Made by a program: the position numbers and the translations under genes
Assembly: GCA_938084575.1 (NCBI GenBank)
Contig: CALKFG010000006.1
Coordinates: 225,579 to 289,578, forward strand
Source: an uncultured Hyphomonadaceae bacterium
GTDB lineage: Bacteria; Pseudomonadota; Alphaproteobacteria; Caulobacterales; Hyphomonadaceae
Direction: 5' to 3'
DNA length: 64,000 nucleotides
Notes under the pieces: generated by a model
The model's database searches: none
What the model was told of the DNA's origin: nothing
What the model saw: only the letters and a program-made list of their open reading frames with translations
Shown: positions 49,794 to 58,395 of the stretch, one piece after another
Layout: each line of letters starts with the position of its first letter
How positions within the stretch are numbered: position 1 is the stretch's first letter

Positions 49794-50531
49794 ATGACCG
49801 AGCCAGTCGGACCGCCCGGACCCGGGCTGATTCAGGTGTCGGGTCGCCTCGCCGAGCTGTGGCAGGGGGGCGCCCGCATTGTGGCGCTGACAGGCTCGGT
49901 GGCGTCCGGCAAATCGACGCTGGCGGCGCAGCTGGAGGCGCTGTTGCAGCCGGTCTGCGCGACGCAGACCCTCTCTACGGATGGGTTCCTGCTGTCGAAT
50001 GCGCAGCTGACGCAGCGCGGCCTTCTGGACCGCAAGGGGTTTCCCGATACCTATGACCGGGCTGGCATGGCCCGGGCCCTGGCTGAGCTCCGCCGCGGGC
50101 GGGCCTTTTTTCCGGGCTACAGCCATACGATCTATGACATCGATCCCGCGCTTGGCCGCTGGGTCGAGTCCCCCGACCTGCTGATCCTCGAGGGGCTCGG
50201 GCATCTGCCACTGTCGCCGGCAGCCCAGCGCCGCGATGATGAGCCCGACCTGCTGATCTATGTCGATGCGGCGCTGGAGGATCTTGAGACCTGGTATGTT
50301 GCCCGCTTCGAGCGCCTCTGGGAGGCGGCAGCGCAGGATCCGACATCCTTCTATGCCCGCTTCCGCCATATGGACGTGGTTGCGCTGCGGGATTTCGCGC
50401 GGCAGGTCTGGACGACGGTCAATCTGCCCAATCTCACGGCGCATATCGCTCCGCTGCGCGCCGGGGCGGACCTTGTCGTCCGCAAACAGGCGGATCACAG
50501 CCTTGCGCTTGTGGCCGACCGGACGGCCTAG
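49794..50531 (+). CDS. Type I pantothenate kinase-like P-loop kinase (short, lacks the usual N-terminal extension)
   Basis: 245 aa. GSVASGKST P-loop, STDGFLLSN, RKGFPDTYD, YSHTIYD, LILEGL blocks colinear with CoaA. Confidence 0.75.
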   Translation: MTEPVGPPGPGLIQVSGRLAELWQGGARIVALTGSVASGKSTLAAQLEALLQPVCATQTLSTDGFLLSNAQLTQRGLLDRKGFPDTYDRAGMARALAELRRGRAFFPGYSHTIYDIDPALGRWVESPDLLILEGLGHLPLSPAAQRRDDEPDLLIYVDAALEDLETWYVARFERLWEAAAQDPTSFYARFRHMDVVALRDFARQVWTTVNLPNLTAHIAPLRAGADLVVRKQADHSLALVADRTA

Positions 50532-50632
50532 CCCGCCGGGCCACCCACGGGGGCGCTGCCAGGCGGCGGCGGACGGTGTCGCATCCCGATTCCGCGATTG
50601 GCAAACAGGCCAAATCAGCGCTTATGCTGTGC

Positions 50633-50667
50633 ACAGCTTAACCCCGCGGGCCAATCTGTTAAGCTGT
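50633..50667. promoter_or_regulatory. 10-bp perfect inverted repeat ACAGCTTAAC-N15-GTTAAGCTGT upstream of the EAL gene
   Basis: Ends 17 nt before ATG 50684. Could be an operator or a 5'-UTR stem-loop. Confidence 0.35.
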
Positions 50668-50683
50668 CGACGTCCAACAGGCT

Positions 50684-51922
50684 GTGAACCCCATGATCGC
50701 GCTTTTCGTTCTCCTTTATGCCTGTGTTGCTGCGGCTCTGGCCTGGGGCCTGATGGCCGGCCTCGGGCTGCAGCTGCCCGTCGCCGGTCTGGCCGGCATG
50801 GTCGCCTGGCTGGCCCTTGGCCAGCTGCACATGCTGCTGAGCCAGCGGGCCCGGCTGCGCCACCTCGCGGCCGGGCTTGACGCCGCCGAAGAGGCGCTGA
50901 CCCGTCTTGGCCACGACGCCGTGCTGACCGGGGCGCGGACCGATGCGCTCGAATCGACCCTGAAGACAGAACTCGCCGACCGGCGTGACGCCCTGGTTCA
51001 GGAGATGCGCGAATTAGAGACGCTGATCGACAAGCTGACCCGCAGCTTTGACCGCAGGCTGGACACTGCCGGCGCAGGGGGGGATGTCGCCCCGCGTGAG
51101 GATGCGGTTCTGCGACGGGTGCGCAATGCCCTGAAGGAAGGCCGGGTTGATCTGCATTTGCAGCCCATTGTGTCCCTGCCGCAAAGGCGGGTCAGTTTTT
51201 ATGAAGGCTTCAGCCGGCTGCGGGACGAGGACGGTGGCCTGATCCTGCCGGCAGAGTTCCTCGACGCGGCCCGCCGGGCCAGATTGATGGGCGTCGTCGA
51301 CACGATGATGCTGTACCGCTCCGTCGAGGTGGTCCGCCGCCTGGCGGCCCGCGACCGCCGGGTCGGGGTCTTCTGCAATATCTCCGCCCATTCTCTGGAG
51401 GATCCGGTCTTCTTTCCCGTCTTCCTGGATCACATGCAGGCCAACCGGGACCTGGCCGGCGCTCTGATTTTCGAACTCACCGCCGACCTGTTCCAGTCGC
51501 GCTCGGGGGCCGTCCTGCAGGCGATGGAGAAGTTGTCAGCTCTGGGCTTCCGGTTTTCCCTCGATCACATGCCGAGTCTGGATTTCGACCTCGCCCTCCT
51601 GCAGCAGGCGGGTGTGCGCTTCGTCAAGCTGAAGGGGGGAGACCTGATTGACCAGCTGCGGGATCCCGCTGGCCCGCGGCCCGCCTCCGCGATCAGCCGG
51701 ACAATTTCCGGTACAGAAGTGACCGCAGTCTGTTCCCGCTATGGCGTCACACTGATTGCCGAAAAGCTGGAGGAAGAGGTCAGCGTGGTCGAGGTGCTCG
51801 AATATACCGTTCCGTTTGGGCAGGGGCATGTTTTCGGCGCCCCGCGTCCGATCAAGGCCTCGCTGATGCAGGAGACGGCCCCGCCGCCAGACCTGATGGC
51901 ACGCCTGACCGCGCATCGCTGA
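50684..51922 (+). CDS. Membrane-anchored coiled-coil protein with a degenerate EAL domain
   Basis: 412 aa with two N-terminal TM helices. EAL-fold blocks LQPIVSL, YEGFSRLR, FCNIS, ELTAD, GQGHVFG. Confidence 0.8.
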   Translation: MNPMIALFVLLYACVAAALAWGLMAGLGLQLPVAGLAGMVAWLALGQLHMLLSQRARLRHLAAGLDAAEEALTRLGHDAVLTGARTDALESTLKTELADRRDALVQEMRELETLIDKLTRSFDRRLDTAGAGGDVAPREDAVLRRVRNALKEGRVDLHLQPIVSLPQRRVSFYEGFSRLRDEDGGLILPAEFLDAARRARLMGVVDTMMLYRSVEVVRRLAARDRRVGVFCNISAHSLEDPVFFPVFLDHMQANRDLAGALIFELTADLFQSRSGAVLQAMEKLSALGFRFSLDHMPSLDFDLALLQQAGVRFVKLKGGDLIDQLRDPAGPRPASAISRTISGTEVTAVCSRYGVTLIAEKLEEEVSVVEVLEYTVPFGQGHVFGAPRPIKASLMQETAPPPDLMARLTAHR

Positions 51923-51958
51923 TTGACCATTGGCAGGCCGCGCCCTAGGTCGCCTGTC

Positions 51959-52816
51959 ATGAGTGCAACAGACTTTCCCTCCGGCCTTGCCGAGCTCGCC
52001 AGTCAGTATGATGCCATCCTCTGCGATGTCTGGGGGGTCATCCATAATGGCCGACGGTCTTTCGAGGAAGCCTGCGAGGCCCTTGTGCGGTTTCGCGACC
52101 AGGGCGGCGCGGTCGTTCTGATCACCAATGCGCCTGTCCCCAAGGCTCAGGTCATCCGCTATTTTGACCCGCTTGGGGTTCCCGGCGAAGCCTTTGACGA
52201 CTGTGTGTCCTCTGGCGATGCCACACGGACCCTGCTGGCCGAGCGGGCGCATGAGGTGTTCTGGCGGCTCGGGGCCGATGAAGGCTGGGAACACGACCAG
52301 TTTCTGTATGACGGGCTGAACCTGCAATTCGGGAAACCCGGGGACGCCGATACGCTGCTGTGCATTGGCCTTGAAGACCAGGTCAATGACACGCCCGAGG
52401 ATTATCGGGAACGCCTTGCCCTGGCGGCCGACCGCGGCATCGACATGATTTGTGCCAATCCGGATATCAAGGTCCGGATCGGTGACCAGCTGCACTGGTG
52501 CGCCGGGGCGCTGGCGCAGATCTACGAACAGGAAGGCGGCCGTGTGGTTTATCCGGGCAAGCCGCATGATGCGATTTACGATCTCGCTTTGTCGCGGCTG
52601 TCAGATATCGGCATCGAGCCGCCCGCGGACCGGATCCTGTGCATTGGCGACAGTCCGGCGACGGATATGAAAGGCGCCCTGCACCGCGGCTATGACGGGC
52701 TGTATGTCGGCACGGGGCTGAGCCTGCATGGCGGCGATTTCCGCGCCGAGGTCGCCGAGCTGCTGGGTGACCATGGCGTCAGCGCGAAATGGGCCATGCC
52801 CGCACTGACATGGTGA
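51959..52816 (+). CDS. HAD-superfamily subfamily IIA hydrolase (TIGR01459-like)
   Basis: Start at ATG 51959. Motif I CDVWGV, LITNAP, C-terminal GDSPATD. Confidence 0.8.
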   Translation: MSATDFPSGLAELASQYDAILCDVWGVIHNGRRSFEEACEALVRFRDQGGAVVLITNAPVPKAQVIRYFDPLGVPGEAFDDCVSSGDATRTLLAERAHEVFWRLGADEGWEHDQFLYDGLNLQFGKPGDADTLLCIGLEDQVNDTPEDYRERLALAADRGIDMICANPDIKVRIGDQLHWCAGALAQIYEQEGGRVVYPGKPHDAIYDLALSRLSDIGIEPPADRILCIGDSPATDMKGALHRGYDGLYVGTGLSLHGGDFRAEVAELLGDHGVSAKWAMPALTW

Positions 52817-52871
52817 CGGGACCAGAAACAGGCTGTAACAGAGAGCGATATTTGACAGGGAGGTCAGGCCT

Positions 52872-53303
52872 ATGACGTTCAAGGATGGATACAAGTTCGA
52901 AGATCTTTCCATCGGGATGAGCCATGAAAGCGTTCATCACATCAGCGAACGCGATATTGAGCTGTTTGCAGAAGTTTCGGGCGACCGTAATCCCCTGCAT
53001 CTCGATGAGGCGTATGCCAAGGGTACGCCGTTTGGGCAGCGCATCGCCCACGGCGCCCTGACGGCGAGCTTCATTTCCGGCATTCTTGGCAACAACCTGC
53101 CGGGACCAGGAGCGATTTTCACCGGCCTGTCCATGCGGTTCAAGCGCCCGGTCTTTATCGGATCGGAAGTGGTTGTGCGGGCCGAGATCACCGATCTTCA
53201 ACCGCGGGGCAACCGATGCACGCTGGGGGTCAGCTGCGTGGTCGACGGCAAGGCCGCCATCACCGGGGAAGCCCAGGTCATGGTTCCCAGCCGGGCGGCC
53301 TGA
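52872..53303 (+). CDS. MaoC-like (R)-specific enoyl-CoA hydratase / dehydratase
   Basis: 143 aa hot-dog fold. SGDRNPLHLD and AHGAL motifs. Confidence 0.85.
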   Translation: MTFKDGYKFEDLSIGMSHESVHHISERDIELFAEVSGDRNPLHLDEAYAKGTPFGQRIAHGALTASFISGILGNNLPGPGAIFTGLSMRFKRPVFIGSEVVVRAEITDLQPRGNRCTLGVSCVVDGKAAITGEAQVMVPSRAA

Positions 53304-53306
53304 TCC

Positions 53307-54242
53307 ATGACCGTGCTGGCGCATTACCGGCACGTGCCCTCTGACCTGCGCGGCCTGTCGGTCGCGCTTGGGAATTTCGACGGGGTTCATGCCGGCCACA
53401 GGGCTGTCCTAGAGGCGGCACGCACGGCCGCGCAGGGCATTGATCTGGGCGTGGCAACTTTCGAGCCGCCGCCCCGTGCTTTTTTTCGACCCGATGATCC
53501 CCCCTTCAGGCTGTATCGTCCGGCGCGACGCAATCAGCGTCTGCAGATGCTGGGCGCCCGGGCGGTGTTCGAACTGCCTTTCAATGCTGATATGGCGGCC
53601 ATGACCGATGAGGTGTTTGCCCGTGACGTCCTGGCCGAAGGTCTGGGCGCGCGGCATGTCACGGTGGGATTCGATTTCCGGTTCGGGCGCGGTCGTATGG
53701 GGGATGCGGCCCGGCTGTCATCACTTGGACGGGCCTTTGGATTTGGTGTGACGGTCGTCGACAAGATCGAGGCGCTGGACCAGAAGGCGTCGTCGACGGC
53801 AATCCGTGAAGCCCTGATCGCCGGGGCCCCGGAAAAGGCCGCGGCGCTACTTGGGCATGACTGGATTGTGGATGGCGTGGTTGAGCATGGCGAGAAGCGG
53901 GGACGAACGCTGGGTTTCCCGACCGCGAACCTGCATCTCGGCGAGCTGATCCATCCCCGCCACGGCGTTTATGCTGTCCGGGTCCGGGTCGACCGGGACG
54001 GTGACTGGATTCCCGGCGTTGCCAATTTCGGTCGTACCCCGACAACGGGGATCCGCGACCCGCTTCTGGAAGCGTTCCTGTTCGACTTTGACGCGGATCT
54101 TTATGGCCGCTGGATCGAGGTCGCCCTGGTCAGCTATTTGCGGCCAGAGCTGACATTCGCCGCCCTCGACGAGATGGTCGTGCAGATGAGGCAGGACTGT
54201 GATGACGCCCGGACCCGACTCGCGCAGACGGCCGCAGGGTGA
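53307..54242 (+). CDS. ribF: Bifunctional riboflavin kinase / FMN adenylyltransferase
   Basis: 311 aa. GNFDGVHAGH, and GEKRGRTLGFPTAN in the riboflavin-kinase domain. Upstream of ileS. Confidence 0.93.
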   Translation: MTVLAHYRHVPSDLRGLSVALGNFDGVHAGHRAVLEAARTAAQGIDLGVATFEPPPRAFFRPDDPPFRLYRPARRNQRLQMLGARAVFELPFNADMAAMTDEVFARDVLAEGLGARHVTVGFDFRFGRGRMGDAARLSSLGRAFGFGVTVVDKIEALDQKASSTAIREALIAGAPEKAAALLGHDWIVDGVVEHGEKRGRTLGFPTANLHLGELIHPRHGVYAVRVRVDRDGDWIPGVANFGRTPTTGIRDPLLEAFLFDFDADLYGRWIEVALVSYLRPELTFAALDEMVVQMRQDCDDARTRLAQTAAG

Positions 54243-54399
54243 CAGGGTCCCGACCCTCTGCTAGTGCGCAGGCATGACATGCACCACCCGGACAAACAGG
54301 GGCCGAATTATCGGCCCGGTCGTGCCCTGAGCCCAGGGTGGCGCGACCGGGTGAAGCCTCTTACACCCATTATCTGAACCGATTACAGAGACAGCTGCC

Positions 54400-57360
54400 A
54401 TGTCTGATACCGACTCAAAAACCGAGATGTCCTATAAGGACACACTCTTTCTCCCGACCACAGACTTCCCGATGCGCGGAGGCCTTCCAAAGGCCGAGCC
54501 GGAGTGGATCGCCCGATGGGACGATATGGATTTGTACAAGCGTATGCGGGCCGACGCACAGGCCCGGGGCGCGGCGCCTTTTATCCTGCATGATGGCCCG
54601 CCATACGCCAATGGCCCGATCCATCTGGGAACCGCGATGAACAAGATCCTGAAGGATTTCATCGTGCGCAACCATCAGATGCGGGGCTATGACGCGGCCT
54701 ATCTGCCCGGCTGGGACTGCCATGGCCTGCCGATTGAATGGAAGGTGGAGGAGGAATTCCGCGCCAAGGGGCGGGCCAAGGACGATGTCAGCGGGGCGGA
54801 GTTCCGCGCGCGATGCCGGGCTTATGCGGCCGAGTGGGTCGGGGTCCAGGCGGCGGGATTCCGGCGCTGTGGCGTTGAGGGTGAATGGGACAATCCCTAT
54901 CTCACCATGAATTTCGAATCCGAGGCCGCCACGGTCCGGGAATTTCTCGACGTCGCCATGAAGGGCCGGCTTGTGCGCGGCGCCAAGCCGGTCATGTGGT
55001 CGCCGGTGGAGCGGACTGCCCTGGCCGAGGCCGAGGTCGAGTATATGGACCGCAAAGTGCCGACCATCTGGGTCCGCTTCCCGATATCGGCGGCCGGGAC
55101 CGGGCTTCCCGCCGGCGCTGCCGGGGCCAGCGTGGTGATCTGGACAACGACGCCCTGGACCATTCCCGCCAATCAGGCGGTCTGTTACCGGCCCGGTATT
55201 GCTTACGGTGCCTATCGTGTCGACAGCGTCGTACCGGAAGAAGCGCTTGGCTTTGCACCCTATGCCCGGTCGGGCGAAGTCCTGATTTTTGCGGATGCCC
55301 TGGCCGACTCGATTGCGGATGCTGCCAAGATCAGCGGCATGACCCGTCTCGGCGATGCCGACCCTGCCGGCTGGGTCCTGCACCATCCCTTGCACGCGGT
55401 GGATTCATTCTGGGGCCATAAGGTGCCGATGCTGCCCGGCGAGCACGTGACCGATGATGCCGGAACCGGCTTTGTTCATACCGCGCCAGCGCATGGCGAA
55501 GACGATTTCCTTGTCTTTCTGGCCTCCGGTTACACCGCGGCGGATATTCGCGACATTGTCGATCCCGATGGCTGTTACACGCCGGATGTGCCGGCGCCGC
55601 TGACCGGGCTGGATATCATTCGCACCTCCGGCAAGAAACGCGGCCAGCCGGGCAAGGCCAACCCCGAAGCGATCAGCCTGCTGGCCGATCAGGGGACCTT
55701 GCTGGCGCGCGGCATGGGCACGATCCGCGATGCCCATTCCTGGCGCTCCAAGGCGCCGGTGATCCGGCGGGCCACGCCGCAATGGTTCATCGCTATGGAT
55801 GTGCCGGGATCGGATGGCTCGCGGCCGCTGCGTGAACTGGCGCTGGACGCCATCAAGGACACGCGCTTCGTTCCCCCGACCGGGCGCAACCGCCTGACGG
55901 CCATGGTCTCGGACCGACCGGACTGGCTGATCTCCCGCCAGCGCAACTGGGGCGTGCCGATCACGCTTCTGGTCAGCCCGGAGGGGCAGCCACACACCGT
56001 TGCCCTGGATCCGGATATGGCGGGCCGGGTCAATGCGCGGATTCTTGAGGCGATCCGTCGGGAAGGCGTCGAGGCCTGGTTCAGCGCCTCTGCCGCCAAC
56101 TTCCTGGACGGGCTGGTGGATCCGGCCGGCTGGGAGAAGGTGAATGATGTGCTCGATGTCTGGTTTGACAGCGGCACCACCCATGCCTTTGCCCTGCGTG
56201 ACCGGGGCATCCTGAACAATACTGATGGCCAGGCCGATGTGTACCTGGAGGGGTCTGATCAGCATCGGGGCTGGTTCCAGTCCTCGCTGCTCGAGAACTG
56301 CGCCACGCGGGGGCGGGCGCCGTTTCGGCAGGTCGTCACGCATGGCATGATCGTGGACGCCGAAGGCAAGAAAATGTCGAAATCGATCGGCAACACGATT
56401 GAACCGGAAGACTTTGCCCGCCAGTACGGCATTGAGATCCTGCGCCTGTGGTCGGCCAGTGGCGACTATACCGAGGATTTGAGAATTTCAGATGAAATCA
56501 TCAAGGGTACGGTCGAGAGCTATCGCCGGCTGCGCAACACGCTGCGCTACCTGCTGGGCGCCCTGTCGGGATTTGCCCCGTCCGAGGCGGTGCCCGTGGA
56601 CAGCATGCCGGGACTGGAGCGCTGGGTGCTGCACCGTCTGGCCGAACTCGACGGGCTGGTCCGCCAGGCTTATGACGATCATGATTTCAAGCGGATCACC
56701 GCGGCGCTGGTCAATTTCTGCGTGGTCGACCTGTCGGCGATCTATTTCGATATCCGCAAGGACAGCCTGTACTGCGACGCGCCGTCGGATCCGCGCCGGC
56801 GGGCCGCGCGCACCGTTATGCACGCCCTGCTCGAGCGGCTGCTGTGCTGGCTGGCGCCGATCATGCCGTTTACCACAGAGGAAGCCTTTCATCACAGCGT
56901 GTTTGCTGCGCGGGCCGACAGCCTGCACCTGCTGCAATTTCCCGACACGCCGGCCGGCTGGCACGATCCGGTTCTGGCCGAGCGCTGGGCCCGCATCTTC
57001 CAGGTCCGCCGGGTCGTTACCGGGGCGATCGAAATTGAGCGGCGGGAGAAGCGTATCCGGTCGTCGCTGGAAGCCGCGCCGCTTGTGTACATCGCCGACG
57101 CGGCCCTGATGGAGGCGTTTGCCGGCGAGTGCGCGGAGGATCTGTTCATCACCTCGCAGGCCGAGCTGCGGTCGGGCCCTGGCCCGGACACGGCGTTCCG
57201 CCTTGCGGATGAGGACCAGGTCGCCGTGGTGCCGGGGGCGGCGCAGGGCATCAAGTGCGCCCGGTCGTGGAAATATTTTGATCCCGCCTCGGCCGACCCT
57301 GCGTTTCCCGACATTACCGGTCGCGATGCTGCCGCCGTGCGCGAGGTGCGGGGACAGTGA
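54400..57360 (+). CDS. ileS: Isoleucine-tRNA ligase
   Basis: 986 aa. PPYANGPIHLGT (HIGH-region variant), editing CP1 domain, KMSKS. Confidence 0.95.
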   Translation: MSDTDSKTEMSYKDTLFLPTTDFPMRGGLPKAEPEWIARWDDMDLYKRMRADAQARGAAPFILHDGPPYANGPIHLGTAMNKILKDFIVRNHQMRGYDAAYLPGWDCHGLPIEWKVEEEFRAKGRAKDDVSGAEFRARCRAYAAEWVGVQAAGFRRCGVEGEWDNPYLTMNFESEAATVREFLDVAMKGRLVRGAKPVMWSPVERTALAEAEVEYMDRKVPTIWVRFPISAAGTGLPAGAAGASVVIWTTTPWTIPANQAVCYRPGIAYGAYRVDSVVPEEALGFAPYARSGEVLIFADALADSIADAAKISGMTRLGDADPAGWVLHHPLHAVDSFWGHKVPMLPGEHVTDDAGTGFVHTAPAHGEDDFLVFLASGYTAADIRDIVDPDGCYTPDVPAPLTGLDIIRTSGKKRGQPGKANPEAISLLADQGTLLARGMGTIRDAHSWRSKAPVIRRATPQWFIAMDVPGSDGSRPLRELALDAIKDTRFVPPTGRNRLTAMVSDRPDWLISRQRNWGVPITLLVSPEGQPHTVALDPDMAGRVNARILEAIRREGVEAWFSASAANFLDGLVDPAGWEKVNDVLDVWFDSGTTHAFALRDRGILNNTDGQADVYLEGSDQHRGWFQSSLLENCATRGRAPFRQVVTHGMIVDAEGKKMSKSIGNTIEPEDFARQYGIEILRLWSASGDYTEDLRISDEIIKGTVESYRRLRNTLRYLLGALSGFAPSEAVPVDSMPGLERWVLHRLAELDGLVRQAYDDHDFKRITAALVNFCVVDLSAIYFDIRKDSLYCDAPSDPRRRAARTVMHALLERLLCWLAPIMPFTTEEAFHHSVFAARADSLHLLQFPDTPAGWHDPVLAERWARIFQVRRVVTGAIEIERREKRIRSSLEAAPLVYIADAALMEAFAGECAEDLFITSQAELRSGPGPDTAFRLADEDQVAVVPGAAQGIKCARSWKYFDPASADPAFPDITGRDAAAVREVRGQ

Positions 57361-57881
57361 GCCCGCGGGTTGAGCGTCTGGTGGCCTTTGCCCTGATCCC
57401 GGTGATCCTGATCGTCGATCAGTGGTCGAAATGGCTGGTCCTGAACACGCCGGCCTTCAATGCCCGCTTGTGCCTCGATCAGACCCAGCCCTGTGGCCGG
57501 ATCGAGCTGAGCGCCGTGTTTGACCTGACCATGGTCTGGAATCGCGGGGTCAGCTTTGGCACGCTGCAGTCGGAAGGCATGATGCGCTGGATCCTGGTGG
57601 TGGTGACGCTGGCCATCGCCGTCGGATTCGGTGTCTGGTTGAGCCGTGCGGGCGCCCGGCTGACCCGGCTGGCGCTGGCGCTGGTGGTCGGCGGCGCGAT
57701 TGGAAATGTTATTGACCGGGTCCGGTTTGGTGCCGTGGTCGATTTTCTGGATTTCTCCGGACTGTATTTTGTCTGGGTGTTCAATGTCGCCGACGCGGCA
57801 ATTACTGTCGGGGCGGTCTTGCTCTTTATCGATCAGTTCCTAATGTCATCCTCATCGGGACCCGACGGGTCCCCGACCTGA
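57357..57881 (+). CDS. lspA: Lipoprotein signal peptidase (signal peptidase II)
   Basis: 174 aa, 4 TM. NRGVSFG, GNVIDR and FNVAD motifs. GTG start overlapping the ileS stop. Confidence 0.9.
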   Translation: MSPRVERLVAFALIPVILIVDQWSKWLVLNTPAFNARLCLDQTQPCGRIELSAVFDLTMVWNRGVSFGTLQSEGMMRWILVVVTLAIAVGFGVWLSRAGARLTRLALALVVGGAIGNVIDRVRFGAVVDFLDFSGLYFVWVFNVADAAITVGAVLLFIDQFLMSSSSGPDGSPT

Positions 57882-57905
57882 AACCGTCTGGACAGGACCC
57901 CGAAC

Positions 57906-58367
57906 ATGGCCCGGATTATCTTCTCTTCTCTCGCCGCGCTCAGCCTTGTGGGCGCCTGTGCGTCCGGCTCCGGCGGTGCACGCATGCCCGATGAGTTCCG
58001 TATCGTGACCAAGGCGCCGCTGATCGTCCCGCCCGAATTCCGGCTGCGTCCCCCGGCGACCGGCCAGGCCGAGCCGGCGGAAGTCAATGATGACCAGCTG
58101 GAGACCTTCGGCCAGACACTGGGGACCGGCGCCAGCGCCATTGAAAAACGCCTGGTGGCGGAAGCCGGCGCGATGGCTGTCAGCCCCGTGATCCGGGCTC
58201 AGATCGATTATGAAGAGGCCCGCACCATCCGCAAGGCGCCCTCGGCCAGCGACCGGATCCTGGATGCCAGCGTCGGCCAGGGTGAGGTGGCGGACAATGC
58301 CACGGGGAATGGGGATGTGATCATATCCCGCTCGCGCGGCGAGCGTCGTAAACTGCCGGGCACCTGA
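57906..58367 (+). CDS. DUF3035-type lipoprotein (possibly the alphaproteobacterial BamF-like BAM accessory lipoprotein)
   Basis: 153 aa. Lipobox LVGAC, then PDEFRIVTKAPLIVPPEFRLRPP. The BamF assignment is from memory of the family, not a search. Confidence 0.6.
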   Translation: MARIIFSSLAALSLVGACASGSGGARMPDEFRIVTKAPLIVPPEFRLRPPATGQAEPAEVNDDQLETFGQTLGTGASAIEKRLVAEAGAMAVSPVIRAQIDYEEARTIRKAPSASDRILDASVGQGEVADNATGNGDVIISRSRGERRKLPGT

Positions 58368-58395
58368 TCTGGCCTGGCCCAATCGTCTGGAGCAG

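Noticed and set aside
49285-49797. 170-aa ORF spanning the whole long spacer, plus overlapping ORFs at 49341..49574, 49436..49684 and 49571..50056
   Set aside because: The translations are Arg/Gly/Pro low-complexity that follow from the G-tract composition. There is no start context. I treat the region as non-coding.
54243-54399. Hairpins in the ribF-ileS spacer (e.g. GGGCCGA-atta-TCGGCCC at 54300-54317), considered as a T-box or attenuator
   Set aside because: No specifier or T-box sequence was seen, there is no U-run, and T-boxes are not expected in this lineage. These are probably ordinary GC-rich secondary structure.
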